A stretch of 63,954 nt of DNA, the filler included, from Bigelowiella natans CCMP2755 (taxonomy: Eukaryota; Protista; Cercozoa): assembly GCA_000320545.1 (NCBI GenBank). It is 8 parts of 8 records of this genome, joined end to end, with 100 filler letters (N's around TTAATTAATTAA, not from the genome) between each part and the next. Parts side by side here need not be neighbours in the genome. Positions count along the whole stretch, not along the records: positions 23,972 to 31,704 come from ADNK01001157.1; positions 31,805 to 36,559 come from ADNK01002750.1; positions 36,660 to 50,866 come from ADNK01002127.1; 5 more parts are not named here. One strand, written 5' to 3'. The translations under genes were made by a program, and so were the position numbers. Positions 26,949 through 41,039 of this stretch are shown here, piece by piece. The notes under the pieces are model-generated. The model saw only the letters and a program-made list of their open reading frames with translations, made no database searches and had not been told where the DNA came from. How positions within the stretch are numbered: the first letter of the stretch is position 1; every line of letters begins with the position of its first letter.

Positions 26949-29583
26949 ATGAGTAGTCCTACACGACAAGGGGACGAAGTGGAGCCCCAGCCTAGCGATG
27001 GCAGCTCCGAGAAATGGTTGGGATCAGCTGGTGGCAAATCGGATTCCAAGTGCAGGACCGGCGTCGATGCTATGCTTTTATGGCTAAGGAGTAAGTTTCG
27101 TATCTCTGTCAATATTCAAACCATGCTGATCAAGGACCGCGTCTAGGCAACGGAGGTGAATTCGACGACCTGAAAGTAATTAACGGAGATGCTGGTAGTG
27201 GAAGGTACCCCTTTCTTCTTTCCTTATTTCCATCCTGCCTGTTACCGATATGAGTAATTTGCAGAATTGTCGTAGCTCGCAATACTTTGCACGATGGCCA
27301 GGTCAGTGTTAATGCGGTGTGAAATCAAAAATATGTCAAATTCTGAGCACCACCTTATTGCATATATTGTCGACAACTTACAGAGAATACTGAGCGTTCC
27401 GTTGAAGTGTCTGATTACCAAGTCTATTGCAAAAACCTCCCTGCTAGCAAATATGATAAAAAAAACAAGATGTAAGATCCGGTACAAGATTTCGCCATGA
27501 TTCGATCAAGTATATTGCTCAATCTTGACAGCGCACGTCATTGTGATGACCAGATCGGACCACACATGGTTTGCTGTTTTCTTGATGGAGCACAAGCGGA
27601 TGGGGCAAAAATCGAAGTACAGCAGCAGAAGCAGCAGCAGCAGTCAATCAGTGGCACGCGAATCGTTTGTCACATTACGCTATACTCTATTACTTCAGGT
27701 TTGCGAAATACATCGACGCTCTCCCCCAAGCATTCGATTACATGCCACTGAACTTTACACCAAAGTCTGGCTATCTGCAACAGCTCCGAGGTCGGTCGTA
27801 TGATCACCGTTCTGCCTTTCTCTGATTGGCGCTTTGAGAACTCGTTATTGTAGACTACCAAAATTCTAGCGTTTGAAACAACTTAGAACCGGAAGACTAG
27901 GAGTACACCATACCATGATTGTTCGTATCTGTCGAGTGGTGATCCTACGTGCATACTTCGCATATGATTGCATATGCTCTCTCTCTTTCTCTCTCCCTCT
28001 CTCTCTTCAATCCATAGGTTCTATTGCTATTGACAGGATAAAGGCAATGCGCAAGGATCTTAAGTAATCCCTTCGAACACAGAGAGAAGAGCATATGCAA
28101 CTATTTGCTGAGTATACACGTATACTTTGTCTTTTGCAGATTGATTTTATTCTTCTCCTCCTCCTCCTCCTCCTCCTCCTCCTCCTCCTCCCCCTCCTTG
28201 TTAAAAATTAGTGTGGAATATCAGCAGCTCTGCAACCACGTTAGCGAGATATTTGAAATGGTCAGTACAACAACGACGATTTGCTGTATTGATGTAAACT
28301 TCATTCCTATCCTCCCCCCTTCTCTCCCTTCTTTTCGTCATCGTTTTCCATACTCCTCCTCCCTCCCCAAATTAGAATGCTGTCGTAGCTGGTTGTTGCT
28401 ATGCAAAACATGTGTTCCTATTTACCATCGGCAGTATACCTTCGACGACTTCGTATGGGCAAGGCTGTGCGTGCTGACGCGCCTCTTCAACTTCGAAATT
28501 CGGTTGTGAACGATTCTTTAGCTAGGGGGGGGGGGGGGGGGGGAATGTGGAGAAGTCGACGGTTTTTACATACTTGCTTGGTGTGTGACGTTACTATTTA
28601 CTACTACTGCTACTACTTCTTTTGCTACTACTACTACTACTACTACTACTACCACTACTCTCATGGTAGTTTTAAAGACGCTGTCGCAGCTATTATACGT
28701 CTGTCCTCATCGTCTGCACTAATCCTACCATTGCTACAACAACAACAACCACCACCACCACTACTGCTGCTGCTACAACTGCAATATGTTGTAATAATAC
28801 GCATGTATCTGATAAGACGACCTCCTGAATAACCTAACGATGTACTACTAATTGTACTGTAAAGTGGCAAAGAAACAGATGGGCTGGTACCTTTTGCAGA
28901 TATGCTCAACCACGCTAATAAACCCCAGGTTATTTGCCTGTAGACGATGTGTTTCGTAGATGACGCAAAACAATCTCTTCATTTATCAACGTGACGTGTG
29001 GATGATGAGGAAGGAGTACATACTATCTTGCTGAAACGAAGGGAAATGATTATGGAAATGAGGGAGACGGCTGTTTTTTTGTTGTTATTGTTTTTGTTGT
29101 TGTTGTGTGTATGAGCTCGATCTCACGAACCCGGTGGATTTTGATCAGCGCTTTTAATTTATTATCGTTAATGATTGATAACCCCAATTCGTATCGTTTC
29201 CACACAGGTGAGCTGGCACTACGACGACAAATCGAGTTGTTTTGTAATGACCGCTGAGACTCAGGTCTCTGCACTGTCTCAGGTAGGTGATAGTCGTAGC
29301 AGCAGCAACAACGATGGCAGAAGTAGTAGTAGTAGTAGTAGTAGTTGGTAGTAGTAGGTGCTGTTGTTGTTGTTGTTGGAGGAGGAGGAGGCGCCATAGT
29401 AAACAACAAATCATAAGGCAGATGCCAACATCTTTTGCTCCTCCCCATCCATCCCTCCATGCCACGCTCTCCTTTTCTTTCCTCGTTGTAAAGCTCTTCG
29501 ACTCGTATGGAAGAAAGGTATGTTCTTGCGAATACACGATTGCCATTATTATTTGGTATAGTTATTTTCACTGTTGTTCTTAT

Positions 29584-29635
<52 letters not shown>

Positions 29636-29701
29636 CATGAGAGAGCGATAAAGAGAATCAGAAAGTATGGTAATTGGACATAATGGCTAAGAAATACTTC
29701 G

Positions 29702-29735
<34 letters not shown>

Positions 29736-31400
29736 ACTACTACACTACTACTACTACCTCGTTTATCTTGGACATTGCCATCAGCATTCGCTCAGACACC
29801 AATGCCATAAAATTGTTAAATATTTGTTTGTATGTGTGTGTGTGTGTGTGTGCGTGTGTGTGTGTGTGTGTGTACAAAAGAGCCAATCACGTTTCTTCGT
29901 CAACTATGGCTTTACAGTTGACAGAAATCATCGTGATAATGAGGTAGTGATGGCATAGAAGAATAGTGAGGGGGGGGGGGGTAGAGACGCCTTTTCAGAG
30001 CAACTAGTCATTTGTTAATAACAGTGACCTTCTCATCATCTTCGTCCTCATTATTATTCTACTACCACTGCTTCTATTAAAATGATTCATATCCCCATCG
30101 TCGTATCGACGTTTTCTTCTTCTTTCTTCAGGCGTGCATACGCGTGGAGCTGCAAGATTCTGACCCTGATAGCAGGGCAAAGATACCGCTGTTGGGAAGG
30201 GGAGGGGGTAATTTACCCTTATCCCGCACTACACACAAACACACAGATAGGAGTATAATTACTGCTACGACTGACTATTACTACTACTGCTGCTGCTGCT
30301 GATGATGATGATGATGTTGTTGATGATATAGGCAGCAAAGACAAGGTGAAGAAGTTCATAATATCTTGCTCTTTCAGTGATAAAGGTGGCTAGGAAAGTA
30401 GATGGCGGGGTTGATCTGCCTGGACGACTTGCATTTATGGGTTGCCATAGCAGTAGCGCGCAGCTTTGCTGTGATGGTTTGATTTGGGAGTGAAAAGGAT
30501 GCAATCGTGCAAATTGTACGTCCAAGCGGAAGAAAGAGCTGCTCTGCTCAACTATTAGTTTAAATTTGAGATGGAGTGGATCGAGTCCTGTCACGAGCTA
30601 TTCTTGCGTTGTTCGTTGAAGGGATGACTACTACGTCTCATTTGTACTGATTGTACAGGGTTCCAGAGGCTTATAAGCTTCTGTCGTTTCATTAACGCGC
30701 CATACGATATGATCGCCAAGTCCTCCTCTTCCAAGAACATCAAAGCTGAAGATGTGAGAAAATTAAAAGAAAACAGAAGCGAGGGTGTGGGATTGAAATA
30801 TTGCAGCACACTTTAGTTATGGTGTGATACCCCTCACTGATGAACATCAACGCCCTTTGAGGAAAAGTATGGGTGAAAGCATAGTCTCTCGTCGTTGGTG
30901 TGATCAGAGCTTTAACATTGGCTGCATAGCCGAAGTCATCCTTTCCGTCGTCATTTCAGTCGCTGCGGCTTTGAATGTTCCTCTTCGCGATCGAACCTCG
31001 ATATTGCCTCACCATTCTTCTTCTCCTCAAAACAACATATTAGATGCCTCCACAAACTGTCCAGAACGAAGTAAAGGCTCTGCAGCGTATCAAAGCTGCT
31101 GCTATAGCGTCTTTGAAACGGTAGTCGGTAGTGAGTTGTTTTCAAGCTGAAACGGCAGCTGCCCCCCCCCCTCCAAGTCTGATATTCTCAGCTATTCTTC
31201 CTTCATCATCGTCATCGTATTGTATCAATCTTATTGATCGATCTACTAGCTTTCAAGATCAGTGAGAGTGACATCTATCTTCGCTGCTGCTGCTGCTGCT
31301 ACGACTACTAGGTTTCCGACATCGCTACAACATGATCATCGTCTCCTCAAACGGGTAATGATTACTAGTAAAACGGTGAGCCGCAGCAGCAGCAGCAATG

Positions 31401-31437
<37 letters not shown>

Positions 31438-31556
31438 TGGTAGCGATGGTGGTAGAGAATGAAGGGGGAATGCTCCTCTTTCCTATAACTTCTTCTTTTT
31501 ACCTATTCAGAACCGATTCAGTGACGCAAACATTAGGAACTGTGTGGTAGCAATGT
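26949..31556 (+). CDS. SET-domain methyltransferase, SETD3/Rubisco-LSMT family (3' truncated)
   Basis: Exons: ILSVPLKCLIT, YIDALPQAFDYMPL, FDDFVWARLCVLTRLF, GLVPFADMLNH, LFDSYGRK|SQSRFFVNYGF, FPTSLQHDHRLL. Confidence 0.85.
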
Positions 31557-31704
31557 GATAAATAGAGATGCTCTCGAGCCCACCTAGTGCAAGATGCTGA
31601 AAGCACAAAAAATCAAATTGTCCCCCCCCCCCCCCCCTCCTTCCCTACCCCAAGTTCTTAGCCGTGTTTTTAGACGATTCATCACCACTATTTATTAAGT
31701 CCTT

Positions 31705-31804
31705 NNNNNNNNNNNNNNNNNNNNNNNNNNNNNNNNNNNNNNNNNNNNTTAATTAATTAANNNNNNNNNNNNNNNNNNNNNNNNNNNNNNNNNNNNNNNN
31801 NNNN
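31705..31804. other. Artificial contig linker
   Basis: N44-TTAATTAATTAA-N44. Confidence 0.97.
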
Positions 31805-31869
31805 ATATACACATATACACATATACACATATACACATATAATATATACATATATGCATATTATTTGTG

Positions 31870-31905
<36 letters not shown>

Positions 31906-31919
31906 TTCATTCTAGTGAG

Positions 31920-32194
31920 GTACCGTCCATCTCACGTGCTGCTGCCTTTGAGTATCTTCAAGATTTTGTCAAGGAGAGAGGGGGGGAAAGGGGGGGGAGA
32001 GAAGATAGCAATAAATGCGTGCGTGGGGGATGTGGGTGTGTGGGTGAGAGTGAGAAGAGGGGGTGGCCTAGAAGCTGCTGTGAATGCATACACGCACGTA
32101 CACCTTCTATACACAGACAGACGGATCTTGTGCAAGAGCTCGATTTTGGTTCGTGTGTGTGTGAGAGTATGCACACAGCTTGTACCATCACCAT

Positions 32195-32225
<31 letters not shown>

Positions 32226-32657
32226 GTCATCATCATTACGGTTTCCACGGCACAACGCCGTCGTTGTCAGGGATAGATCTAATGATCATATCGAGCTGCG
32301 CACGTTTATAGAGGAGGAGCGGCACGCTGTCGGTCAGAAAGACTGTCTGATCGTCAAGCGCCAGATTTCCATCTGAGTCTCCCCCCTCCCCCCCCTCGCC
32401 ATTCCGATCGGAACTAGCGCTGCTGCTGTTGCTGGGCCCATAGTAAGCAAGGATGTGGGTGAGATAGGTATGATCACACATCCCGACATTGGGGAGGGGG
32501 GCTCTCTTCACGGGGCGCTTGCAGGATATCATCGGTGCACCGCCGCCTCCCTTTGAGTAAACATAGACGTTCAATCCGGGTATGTCGTTAGGAAACCACT
32601 CGTCCACCCAGCGAAGATCCTATGATGTGCGCGCGCGTGTGTGTAAGTAGGCGCGGG

Positions 32658-32688
<31 letters not shown>

Positions 32689-33402
32689 CGTGTGTGTGTG
32701 TGTTTGTGTGTGTTGCTTCCTGCTTGTAGCCGAGTCCAACATGGGAACCGTGCAGGGTTGTATGCAGCTGGATAACGAAGCTAGGTAACACATGGCACCT
32801 ACCTCTTTGTAGTGCGCAATCACCACGCCAACAGTCGCATCTGGCTTTCGCTGCCGAAGGCTAGACACAGCGGCCCTGACGACGTCCTGTGGCGGTTGGG
32901 AACCATTCCCTCTCCTCGCGTACTCCTCTATTATTTTCATTAGGGTTGATTCTTATGCGAACGAGGAGGCTGAGCACATCACCGCCACATCCCCCCCCCT
33001 CCCCCATCGGTAGAACTGTACTGCGTGGTGGTGATGGGCGGTGCGTTTGATAAAATGACGAGAGTGCTACTAAATAACGGCGGGTTGACGACGTACGTAC
33101 TCAATATCCAGTCTTTATAGGCCAGGAAGTAAAGCTCCATCGGGCCTTTGTACGGAGGAGGAGGAGGGGGGGGGGAGGGCGGCAAGACTGCCTATAAAAG
33201 GCAGGTATAAGGACGTATGATTTTGATTGTTTTTTTGAGAGATTTTAGACCAAAAGAGACGCTGAGAGCCCCGCCCCTCAAACGCCTGCAATCGCGTACC
33301 GTGTTTCTCTTTATCTTTTTCCGCGAAAACAAATGAGCGTTGGAGGAAAACCGCCGATAGGACTCCAGTGAAATCGCACAGCCGAAGCAAACGAGAGCGC
33401 AT
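31920..33402 (-). CDS. DUF3431-like protein (3' truncated; start uncertain)
   Basis: VVIAHYKE|DLRWVDEW...VYVYSKG...LPNVGMCDHTYLTHILAYY...LDDQTVFL resembles the DUF3431 motif series. Confidence 0.65.
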
Positions 33403-34107
33403 AAGCCCCAGCAGAGCCGCAGCCGGGGGCCTGAAAGAAGTGTATACACGAGGTCGCATCGGAAAAGACGGGAGGAATTCTCAAAGAACCAATTCAAAAA
33501 TCATCTTTGATATACCACTGTGCTTCACCGTCCCAGGAGTATTTGCGCTCGCGCGCATCAAAGCGTCGGAATGGCGCAAGAGAAAGAGGGGGGAGGGGCG
33601 TTGGGGCTTTGGGGACTTAAATAAGATTTAGATAAAATGTAACCAATGAAATATCGAAGGTTTCATTCATTTTCAAAAATAGGATGTAGACACAATTTTT
33701 CAGTAGTTTTCAGGATACTTTCTGCCATAGCTTTGACTTATCTACGTTCCACCTTCCGAACAATCAACTCCTGGGCAGGAAACTTCCAAAGGCGTCGGTC
33801 GGCCGAAAACGACTTAGAAAAGAGCACGCGACAACGAATAATCGATTGTCGCATCTCAGAAAGCCAAATAGATAGGGTACCTGGCGAATTCAGCGAACCG
33901 GTAGCCAGAGAGTCGACGTCACAATTCGAAGGAATTTCTGAATTTTCTTGTCGCGATGAGAAAATGCAGTGAATTTATCGGATTATATTGCAAAAATCTG
34001 CATCATCCGAGCTTCCGTGCCCCTCCCATCGCCTGCGAGCGACGAAGCCAGCAACGACAATACGCCTCCCCCCTCGAGCTTAAAGCATGTTTTACCTTCC
34101 TCGTATA

Positions 34108-34628
34108 ATGATGCAGAAGGGGCTGAAGAGAGGGTTGAAGCCGGTGAGAGCCATGGCGACTGCAGCAACCCGTTCAGAGCGACTCTGTAAGGCGAAGGAA
34201 GCTGCGGCTCCTTCCCCACAGGTCAGTGTAAGGCTTAAGGGGACGATGAGGGAAAGAAAGGAAAGAAGCGATTTGGTAATGGGTTTTGGCGTAACATCAG
34301 GCGTCTCAGCCAGACTACATTGCTCTAGAAGCCGCTCACGGGGCACACAATTATCACCCAGTGCCAGTCGTTCTAGAGAGAGGTGATGCTCTATACATTT
34401 GCAGCACTAGCACGATCAGAGTCCGCTGCGCACGCTGACATGGGACACACGATAAGAACTGTATGATAAAAGTCCTCGATTGATATGAAGAAGGCACGCA
34501 GCCGGTGTATAAGAGATGAATAATGGTTTTGCCGCCCCTCATCCAGGGCTCGGATGCACTGTATGGGGACACTGACGGCAACGAATATCTTGATTTTCTC
34601 AGCGCTTATTCAGGCAGTAAATCAAGGT

Positions 34629-34664
<36 letters not shown>

Positions 34665-35523
34665 TATATATTATATTTTGCAGGTATGTTTGGCTTTGAC
34701 AGACTGCTGCCAATGAATACGGGTGTAGAGGTGGACAGCACAACCCCCTCCCCCCCCCCCCCCCTTCTTCCTCCGTTCTTTTCGTTTTCTACGTCCGTTG
34801 TTGAGTAAACTCGAGAAGAATCGAGAAGAAATCGTTTTCGTCTCCTTGTCCCACCACACCGACTGCATGATTTGCAGCGGCTTGGTTTCCAATTCTTCGT
34901 TCTTCATCGTTGCGCGTAGGCCTGCGAGACAGCAGTTAAACTAGCTCGGAAATGGGGGTACCAGGTCAAGGGCATTGAGGTGACGACCCCCCCCACCCCC
35001 CCCCGCTACGCATACCAAAAACACGCGTATACTGCATAAACCCTGTTCGTAGTATGGAGATATAGAAGGTAGTTTATTAGCATTGCTTCCAAATGTCTTT
35101 CAAATTTCTTCTTGATAGATTGTCTTTTTCTTCTTCTTCTTCTTCGTCGTCGTCGTCTCCATCTTGCTAGGAAAACAAGGCAAAGGTGATTTTCGCGGAG
35201 AACAACTTCTGGGGGCGCTCTATTGCTGCCGTTTCGTCGTCATCCGATCCTGAGAGCTATTCTAACTTCGGCCCATTTCTTCCCGGTAGTAGTCGAGCGA
35301 AACGTCGGTGTTATCATCGCGCACCACCTCCCATTCCACGGCAGCGAGCAATGCCGCTGCTCCGCCCTGTTTTCGGATGTGATGGATGCGGTGCGTGGAT
35401 GGGGTGTTTATCAGGTTTCGAGAGCGTGCCGTATAATGACCTAGCCGCCTTGGCCAAGGTTGTACCTCGATGCATGTGATGGTGATATAGTTATGAACAT
35501 ACACACACAAACACATATATGTA

Positions 35524-35561
<38 letters not shown>

Positions 35562-35877
35562 TAATTATGCTATCTAGACTGTATTTACTGTACCCTTCCG
35601 AAGGGAGAGTGCATGCTACCCGCAGCTCAATTGCGTATCTTCTCCATTGTCTTTGTGTAGGCTTTGGAAAGCGATGCGAACATATGTGCTTTCATGGTGG
35701 AACCCATTCAGGGGGAAGCCGGAGTCGTGGTATATAGATGAAGATCTTGTAGTTGGTGGGGGCAGCAGTGGGTAGGAGAAGAGGAGGCAGTTAGATAGAC
35801 TATCATTCGTGGAGGGTCAAATGTGGTTGACTGTGTTGGCGGGTTTCCTGGATCGTGCGCAACACATACACACATGT

Positions 35878-35914
<37 letters not shown>

Positions 35915-36064
35915 TGTGTGTGTGTGGTGTGCCGAAAACTAAGGTATGAAATACACTATGAAGGTTCCTGATGAGGGCTATCTGAAGGGAGTCCGTGAGC
36001 TCTGCAGCAAGCACAACGTGCTTTTCATCGCTGATGAGGTGCGAATTTTCTCTGCTATTCTATA

Positions 36065-36107
<43 letters not shown>

Positions 36108-36263
36108 CCATCATCATCAAGAGCAGTAGCAGCTGCATCATCATCATCATCATCATCATCATTATGACACTTGTACATCGTATTGATGATATCAGGTGCA
36201 AACAGGACTAGGCCGCACTGGGAGGCTGCTCTGCCTTGACCACTCCGACGTGAAGGCAGATAT
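34108..36263 (+). CDS. OAT: Ornithine aminotransferase with mitochondrial-like presequence (3' truncated, with assembly errors)
   Basis: Exons: [36 protein letters not shown]|[47 protein letters not shown]|[12 protein letters not shown]. Confidence 0.95.
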
Positions 36264-36559
36264 TGTAAGAATAATAAAAGAGAGAGAGAGAGATAGAGGC
36301 GGGGGCGGGGGGGGGGGGGGGAGGGGGGGAAATACATCATGCCATGAGACGATTTAGATGAATTTCCATGATAAAAGTAAAAGAGAGATGGGGAACCATG
36401 CCATGAAATTCAAGGGCAGTTCCAATCCCTCAAATTACTTTTATCTCTGAGTTCGCATTTCGAGCAAGGGATCACGGGTTCATTTTGCAGGAGATATAGG
36501 GAACATACTGTTTTTCACAATTCCATACCAAGAGTTATCGCTAATGTTGCTTACTTGCG

Positions 36560-36659
36560 NNNNNNNNNNNNNNNNNNNNNNNNNNNNNNNNNNNNNNNNN
36601 NNNTTAATTAATTAANNNNNNNNNNNNNNNNNNNNNNNNNNNNNNNNNNNNNNNNNNNN
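36560..36659. other. Artificial contig linker
   Basis: N44-TTAATTAATTAA-N44. Confidence 0.97.
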
Positions 36660-36660
36660 C

Positions 36661-36926
36661 GGTAAAGATCAAGAACAAATGTTGGAACCAATAATGAGAA
36701 CCGATTGTCGACCAATGCAAAACTATGGCCACAGATGGAGAAAATTATTCAAGAACGTATGCACTGATGCGTACCAGTTCAGTGACGCTTTCTTCTTCAT
36801 GGATTCATACCCCTCCTGTTGCTGGCTATAGACATCGCGATCTAAATTTTCTCGTAATCTCAAATATTCGGTATACCAATCACACACACACACACACACA
36901 CACACACATTTATGTAGATATGATAA

Positions 36927-36961
<35 letters not shown>

Positions 36962-37174
36962 GTAAGATTTATACGTTTTAAACACACATACATCAAATAT
37001 GCTGACGCCCCTTCCCTTTATTGTTTTAAGTTCGACGAAGAAGAAAGCGTCACTGAACTGGTACGCATCAGTGCATACGTTCTTGAATAATTTTCTCCAT
37101 CTGTGGCCATAGTTTTGCATTGGTCGACAATCGGTTCTCATTATTGGTTCCAACATTTGTTCTTGATCTTTACC
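36661..37174. repeat. 138-bp perfect inverted repeat (36661-36798 and 37037-37174) at a contig end
   Basis: GGTAAAGATCAAG...CGCTTTCTTCTTC is the exact reverse complement of GAAGAAGAAAGCG...CTTGATCTTTACC. Confidence 0.9.
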
Positions 37175-38076
37175 CATATATCTATATGTGCCGCACAAAA
37201 GATACGCGAAGTCCTTACATGCGTACGGAGGATGACAACTATGGAGGATGAATGCTTAATTCCACCATCGCCATGGATTGAAACCCACTTAAATGATGTG
37301 TTCTGTATGCGCGCTAGAGCGAAAAGCCAGTAGCCTGAGTATGAGGTGACATAACAGGCATTCAGGAGCACTGATTTTGGTGGTAGTATGTCTAGAGTAC
37401 AGATTACTCTTAATAATGTAACAATCGATAAATCTAGAAATTATAACATAGCAAACATTCTTTTCTAGTTTTGGAGGGTTACTGCCACCATGCCAAACGT
37501 CCTCATAATACAGGATGCCATAGACAGTAGTCCATAATCAGCTTAAAAACAATTCCGATCGCGAGCAGCGGCAAGCTGAGTTAGCAGTAGTTAATAATGA
37601 TCTTGTGACATGATGAAGTAATTACATGCTAGCATATGCTGCCGAGCAGACGATCCACGATGCACAGGAGCTAAGCATCTAGTGAATCAATATATCAATG
37701 CAAACGCGCGTCAAATCGGCGTTCTGAAAACAAAGCTGTGGTGTCTCAGGCCTTAACCAAACACACACAGCGGTGTTCAATCGGTTGCTCCTATCTAGCT
37801 ATCCCATCGTCTCATTTATTAGGTGCCCGCGCATGCGAGTATTAGCGCCAAATTGATGAGGTCACAAATAGGCGAGCCCACAATGACACGCTTGCCGTTC
37901 TTGTTCTATTATTTGACATCGTTGAATGGTAGATGTGCCTTCGGTCTGCCACACATGTGGTGCTAGGCGAACAGCTGAATATACCAACAAACGCTTTAGC
38001 ACAATGTCTATCTAGCCATCATCCCACATCTAGACAATCCCCTACATCGCACAATGAGCTTCTGCTGTCGCATGGC

Positions 38077-39781
38077 TTATTTCTGCTGAACTATGTCGAT
38101 TCGATGGCCGTCAGGATCCGCGACCGCCATCAAATCGGCGGCTGTCTCCCCGTCACGTAGCTCTTGCACGATTCTGCTGGTGGGAGCCGTTTTGGCACTC
38201 AGTTTCTCCTCTGCACCCACTGTCTGCTCAATGGCTAGCCGGTACCTGCGCATATTGATTATCGATGATGATTGTAGAAATGACGAATCATGATGACAAC
38301 GATGAACATGAGAGGTATCAGTATCCTCCTCCTCCTCCCCCCCCCCCCCCCTTAGTCATCATGTATTCTTTTCGAGGTGTTCCCAACTTACGCGATACGC
38401 TGTTCCGTCGTGAAGGCCAGCTGGCCTTTCTCATACGCTTGCAGCCTCTCCCTGACCCGCCCCACATCAGGGGAGGAGAAAACGAGGGAGTGAAAAGGGC
38501 CGTCTTTCACGCCGTCAACGGTAGCAATCGCGGGGTAGGGACCGGGCTTCACTCGAGTGCGGTACCTGAAAGAAGATGCGGAGCAGATGAGAGAAGGGAA
38601 GAAGAGCTTACAACACACACACACACACACACACAAAGACACACAAAGACATACACATACACATGCATCACACCACAGCCTATCGTTGTGCATGGAAAAG
38701 AAACACGCTCTATTACAGTGCTCTATCACGATCATAACACCTCTGCAGGATAAGACGAACATCGCCAGGCCCCGCTTTCGCCCCCCCCCCCAGCACGCCG
38801 CTCCCCGTAGGCACCACGGGTCGGAACCCTTTCAGCTTGCTTTTCACTAGCATAGAGGTGGGGGACACCACGCTTGGCTTGGAGTCAAGGACGGTGGAAT
38901 AAAACGCCAACGCTGTGGGAACGCTCTGACAGCGGAGCGTCACCGATTCGAATCGCGGAAGTGAGGATGGGGATGGCGATGGTGATGGTGATGGTGATGA
39001 TGACGACGACGATGAAGGAGCAGCAGCACCTAAGATCTTAACCAGATACTCTCCAGGAGCCAATATCTCGTCATAATTGACAGCACGATAGACGATCTCT
39101 CCGCCTAGCTTCTGTGCCTCTGCTCTCACTGCAACAGGGTCTATACGATTACCCTCCCCCCTCCCATCTGCTGCTGATTCAGACCAACCGGGGTGCTCCA
39201 CCTGGATGTGGTAAATTACGGTTCGGGGCCGCTTTGAGTCTTTTTTCTGCTGCTTCTTCTTCTTCTTGATATTCGCATCGTCGGCGCTTTCACGAATGGC
39301 ATCCAGGCGTTGGCGCAGCTCGATGTTGAAGCCAGTTTGGTATGCGACCTCGGCAAGCTCGGGCGACTTTCTGAACGATATGTGCGTACGTTAGTTGGCG
39401 TGCGTATGTGTGTGAGAGGCTTTTTCCTTGCTCCGTCGCTTGTGAATGAAGCAGCATACATTTAGGAGGCATTGACTGCATGTGCGCACTGGCATCTCAT
39501 GCCGACATTAAAATTGCACGCCACTAACAACTGCTTTCAATACATGCGCGCGCGTGTGTATGTGTGTGTGATTTCAACCTTGTAACTTTAGCACCGAGGA
39601 GATTCCAGAATTGAACATCTTTTTCCAAATCGTCCACATCGAGAATCAATCGCTACAACACGTACCATAATATCTATCTCAAGTCTCAAAACAGTCGGAG
39701 ATCGATTAAACATTAATGATTTGGGAATTTTGCTATTCAGCTTAGCTCAAAGGAGTTATCGGCCTCCCTTCATACCAAGGG

Positions 39782-39864
<83 letters not shown>

Positions 39865-40653
39865 AGAGGGGGAGAGAAAGAGAGAGAAAGAGGAAAAGAG
39901 AAAGAGAGATAGAGAACACCTCAAATCGCGCATTTCCACTTCTTGAGGAATCATCGCCTAGACTGAGCTGGCTATCTGCAGCATCTTGAGCCGCCATTGC
40001 ATTAGAAGCGAAGCTCCCGGCGAGAAAAGACATCAAACCCGTGTTAATAGCCTATGTTAGGGAAGAGAATTTTATTATGAAAGCCGAGGGAAACTGGGGA
40101 GGGAGGGGATATCCTCGCTATAAGTACCATGAAAAAACACAGTCTCGCAATACCTGACGGCGTCCAAGGGAGCGATGATCGCTCCTATCTATATCTTCTG
40201 GGGACAGGTCGAACAATTGAAGGGGAAAGGATTGATCATTCGGTTTCTGGGCATAACAAGCTGACCCTGTGCGTCGCAAGGTAGTAAGACGAGAAGAAGA
40301 AGAAGAAGAAGAAGCGCTACTACCATCCGGACGGCCCGCCTAAAGAAGAAAAAGAAGAAGCCCTTTCCTCAGGACAACTCACAAGAGACTCGACAAAAAT
40401 TGTTTCCTTTTTCACTAGACTACTAATAAATTCTAGAAGTAAGCTTTGATGCTACAGAAAACCCATGAGAGGTGTCCTTTTCAATCTCGAACAAAACAAG
40501 CGTTGTGTCACAACTACGCGCACAGGAACCCACTTTGAGCCGAAGGCGCGAAAGATGATGAAAGCTTTTAGCTCCTCCTCGAACCCTCGTAGCGCTTTCT
40601 CCAAGAGCTACGATCACCGCCAAAACGCCGGCGGAGATCCAGCCCAATCGCAT
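38077..40653 (-). CDS. Glyoxalase/VOC-superfamily protein with signal peptide and transit-peptide-like leader
   Basis: Leader MRLGWISAGVLAVIVALGES. Exons: DDLEKDVQFWNLLG, SVTLRCQSVPTALAFYSTVL, FHSLVFSSPDV, and AVADPDGHRIDIVQQK* (DPDG motif). Confidence 0.7.
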
Positions 40654-41039
40654 GCTGCAAGCAGACGTCCGGAGGCGATGGGTGGAGGGGGGTATCTGGA
40701 TCGGCGAAGTACGTTCAAAATTCTTCGGAAACAGGCTTTCCGAGCAAGTCGCAGGATAAGAAAACCCCTGAAACATAGAAACTTTAAATATAGGCTAATT
40801 CATGGAGAACGACATACGACCCTGAGGTTTTTTTTACGAATTCCAACGTTTCCCCCGCTTTGTGCCAGCAAAAAAAAAGCAGAAATTTCGAAGAGGCTGT
40901 CAAGAAAACCGGTGAATATAGGGCGTTTGTGCCCTGCGTCAGGGAGTACGAGCACTGACCGCAGATCTACGGCAGAACAGACTCGGGAGAAAGTTACCGC
41001 CGCACGTTCCCAGACAGAGCACGTGCAGCCCGTCTCCTC

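Noticed and set aside
31854-32376. Plus-strand ORFs overlapping 32270-32376
   Set aside because: The minus strand carries the continuing DUF3431 motif (LDDQTVFL), so these are shadow ORFs.
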